Assembly: GCA_937897645.1 (NCBI GenBank)
Contig: CALCNV010000140.1
Coordinates: 110,872-174,871, forward strand
Origin: an uncultured Lysobacteraceae bacterium
GTDB lineage: Bacteria; Pseudomonadota; Gammaproteobacteria; Xanthomonadales; Xanthomonadaceae
Length of the DNA: 64,000 nt
Direction: 5' to 3'
In this document: positions 61,387-64,000 of the stretch, piece by piece
Position numbering within the stretch: the stretch's first letter is position 1
How the letters are laid out: every line of letters starts with the position of its first letter
The notes under the pieces: generated by a model
Databases searched by the model: none
What the model was told of the DNA's origin: nothing
What the model saw: the letters and a program-made list of their open reading frames with translations, nothing else
Made by a program: the position numbers and the translations under genes

Positions 61387-62663
61387 CGCAGCACTCCGGG
61401 CAGCCACAGCGACAGTTGCGGGAAGAACGCCACCACCAGCAGGACCGCCAAGCCGGCCAGCCAGAACGGCCAGATCGTGCGCATGCTTTCGCCGACGGTG
61501 ATCTTGCCGATGGCAGTCCCGATGAAGAGCACCGAGCCGACCGGCGGCGTGACCAGGCCAAGGCCACCAGTGAGCACCAGGACCAGGCCGAAATGCACCG
61601 GGTCGATGCCATACGCTTTCGCCACGGGCAGGAAGATCGGGGTGCAAATCAGGATCATGGGTGCGAGGTCCATGAACGTACCGAGCAACAGCAGCATGAC
61701 CACGATCATCAGCAGGACCATGTACTTGCTCTGTGCGAAGGACTGCAGGAATTCGACTGCGGCAGACGGCACTTGCAGGTAAGCGAGCAGCCAGCCGAAA
61801 ACCGCCGCCGTGGCGATCACGAACAGGATCACACCCGTTGTACCCGCTGCATTCGCTACGGTTTCCAGGAAATCACGCCATTTCAGCTGGCGATAGATCA
61901 CCACGGTGACGAACAGGGCATACACCACCGCGATGGCCGCACTTTCCACCGCAGTGAAGATGCCTGCACGGATGCCGACGAAGATCAGTGCCACCAACCC
62001 AAGGCCAGGTAAGGCCGACAGGGTGCGCAGCAACACCGCGCGCATGCCCGGGAACTGCTCCACGCCGTAGCCGCGCCTGCGTGCCACCATCCAGCCGGTG
62101 AACATAAGCACCACCGTCATCAGCAACGCCGGCACGATGCCCGCGGCGAACAAGGTCGCGATGGAAATGCCGCCGCCTGCGGCCGCAGAGAACAGGATCA
62201 GGTTGTGTGACGGCGGCACTAGCAGCGCCACCAGGGCGGCGGTGATGCTGACATTGACCGCGAAATCACGGTCATACCCGCGCTTGATCATCTGCGGGAT
62301 CATGGTGCCGCCTACTGCCGACACGTCGGCGATGGCAGAACCCGAAACGCCACCAAAGAACAGCGAGGACAGGATGCTCACTTGTCCCAGGCCGCCACGC
62401 ATGCGACCCACCAGCGATGCGGCAAGACTGATCAGGCGTTCGGAGATTCCGCCGCGCATCATGATTTCGCCGGCGAAAATAAACAGCGGGATCGCGATCA
62501 ACGATGCCGATCCGGTACCGGCAGAGACCTGCTGCGCCAGCACGATGGTCGGAAGATCCAGATACAACAGGGTCAGCAGTGAGGCCGCTGCCAGCGAGTA
62601 CGCCACCGGCACGCCGATGATCAGCAGGATGGCGAAAACCGAAAACAGGATTGCGATAGCCAT
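61383..62663 (-). CDS. TRAP transporter large permease (DctM)
   Basis: AIPLFI.AGEIM, GVSGSA.AD, PPS, TPPVG. Confidence 0.95.
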   Translation of the reverse strand: MAIAILFSVFAILLIIGVPVAYSLAAASLLTLLYLDLPTIVLAQQVSAGTGSASLIAIPLFIFAGEIMMRGGISERLISLAASLVGRMRGGLGQVSILSSLFFGGVSGSAIADVSAVGGTMIPQMIKRGYDRDFAVNVSITAALVALLVPPSHNLILFSAAAGGGISIATLFAAGIVPALLMTVVLMFTGWMVARRRGYGVEQFPGMRAVLLRTLSALPGLGLVALIFVGIRAGIFTAVESAAIAVVYALFVTVVIYRQLKWRDFLETVANAAGTTGVILFVIATAAVFGWLLAYLQVPSAAVEFLQSFAQSKYMVLLMIVVMLLLLGTFMDLAPMILICTPIFLPVAKAYGIDPVHFGLVLVLTGGLGLVTPPVGSVLFIGTAIGKITVGESMRTIWPFWLAGLAVLLVVAFFPQLSLWLPGVLR

Positions 62664-62666
62664 GGG

Positions 62667-63191
62667 TCAGACGGCTCCTTCTTGCTTGGCGGGAGCGGCG
62701 AGGATCAGCAGCAGGCGATTGAGTGCGAACACGACCATCAACACGCCACTCACTGCCAGCGGCAGGAACGCGATGCTCTGCGGCAACGGTGCGCCTGCCA
62801 TCTTCACGTCCAGCCCATCAAGTAAAAGCACGAAACCCCACCACGCCAGGTAGGCGCCGATCACTGCAATGACAATCGGTGCAATGGCATCCACCACGCG
62901 CTTGATGTGCGGTGGCATGGCTTCTGCCAACAGCACGAAGCCGAAATGACGATTTGTATAGACGCCGGACGCGGCGCCCATGCCCATCGCGGTGCTAAGC
63001 AGCAGCAAGGTCACTGGCTCGGTCCAGCTGGGCGAGTTGTTGAGTACGTAACGGGCAAAGACCTGCCAGCCCTGTACGACCACCAGGCCGACAAGTGCGA
63101 CGGCAGCGATGGCGATGGCGATGTTGGCAAGGCGTTCCATTGCGGTTTGCAAGGGGCCGGTAACTGGTGCAGATGCGGTTTCGTCAGACAT
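62667..63191 (-). CDS. TRAP transporter small permease (DctQ)
   Basis: QVFARYVLN.SPSWTE; four TMs. Confidence 0.92.
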   Translation of the reverse strand: MSDETASAPVTGPLQTAMERLANIAIAIAAVALVGLVVVQGWQVFARYVLNNSPSWTEPVTLLLLSTAMGMGAASGVYTNRHFGFVLLAEAMPPHIKRVVDAIAPIVIAVIGAYLAWWGFVLLLDGLDVKMAGAPLPQSIAFLPLAVSGVLMVVFALNRLLLILAAPAKQEGAV

Positions 63192-63200
63192 ATGCGTGCC

Positions 63201-64000
63201 TCAAGCCTGGTCGCGGATGCGGCGATACAGCGAATCAATGGCGGGATCACGGCGGTACTCGGCCAGCAATGGTTCCGCCACGCGCCGGAACGCCGGCATG
63301 TCCACGTCGTTCATTTCCACTCCGTAGTCGATAACGGCTTGGCGCGCCGTGCTCTCGGATTCGTCCCACAGCTTGCGCATGACCGTGACCGACTCGCGCG
63401 CTGTTTCGATCAGCAGCTGCCGATCCGCGGGGGACAAGGTGTCGAAACTCTTGCGTGAAATAAGCAGCACGTCCGGCGCATACGAATGCTCGGTTCTCGA
63501 CCAGTGGCCCGCGGCCTCGAAGTGGCGGCTGGAATGGAAGCTGCGGATATTGTTTTCCGCGCCGTCGATCAGTCGCGTTTCGAGCGCCGAGAATGCCTCG
63601 CCCAGTGACAGCGGAGTAGGATTTGCACCCAGCAGGCGAATGAGTCGGATGAAGATGTCCGAAGCCGGCACGCGCATCTTCAAGCCGTGCAGGTCGGCAG
63701 GCGTCCGCAGTGCGCGGCGGGTGTTGTAGAAACAGCGTGCGCCACTGTCGTAGATCGCAAGCCCGACCAGGTCGCGTGCCTGGAAGCCGCGCAGCACTTC
63801 CGCGCCGACGTCACCGTCCAGCGTGTGGCGCAAGTGGGCCACGGAATCGAACACGTACGGCAGGCAAATGGCCTGGGTCAGCGGAAATGCGTTGTTCAAT
63901 GCGCCGGAATAGACGCGGGTGATGTCGATCACCCCGAAGCGCGCCATGTCGATGGCTTCGGACTCGCGGCCCAACTGCCCCGCATGGAACATGCGCAGGC
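63201..64000 (-). CDS. TRAP substrate-binding protein (DctP), 5' end outside window
   Basis: GQLG.E, DL.GLKMRV, GANPTP, DGAENN, T.H. Confidence 0.92.
   Translation of the reverse strand, partial: LRMFHAGQLGRESEAIDMARFGVIDITRVYSGALNNAFPLTQAICLPYVFDSVAHLRHTLDGDVGAEVLRGFQARDLVGLAIYDSGARCFYNTRRALRTPADLHGLKMRVPASDIFIRLIRLLGANPTPLSLGEAFSALETRLIDGAENNIRSFHSSRHFEAAGHWSRTEHSYAPDVLLISRKSFDTLSPADRQLLIETARESVTVMRKLWDESESTARQAVIDYGVEMNDVDMPAFRRVAEPLLAEYRRDPAIDSLYRRIRDQA

Overview
High-GC chromosomal window whose gene content and order point to Xanthomonadaceae (Pseudoxanthomonas/Lysobacter-like; inferred, not verified). The backbone is housekeeping: DUF6776-bactofilin-erpA, nudC, purH/purD, fis, prmA, aroQ-accB-accC, tlpA-dsbD, groES-groEL (sigma32 promoter plus CIRCE), aroG, gnd. 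It ends in a pectin-utilisation locus (TRAP transporter, PL10 lyase, GH43, LacI regulator, kduI-kduD, CE12 esterase-cupin). I saw no integrase, transposase, tRNA, rRNA or CRISPR array. The main observations outside the ORF track are five. (1) A complete ribosome-mediated attenuator upstream of aroG, with a 27-aa leader peptide carrying Phe, Trp and Tyr control codons (FIRWYY) and mutually exclusive 1:2, 2:3 and 3:4 helices. (2) Low-GC orphan genes with eroded integron attC-like ends lodged in housekeeping loci (after erpA, and between accC and prmA) with no integrase nearby. (3) A strand-asymmetric synonymous-codon shift in the housekeeping gene ends that flank cargo-insertion sites. (4) At least six GTAG/GTGG REP families, including nested REPINs. 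(5) An operon of two IFITM/CD225 (dispanin) homologs plus DUF2752. All family assignments come from motif recognition by eye, not from database searches.
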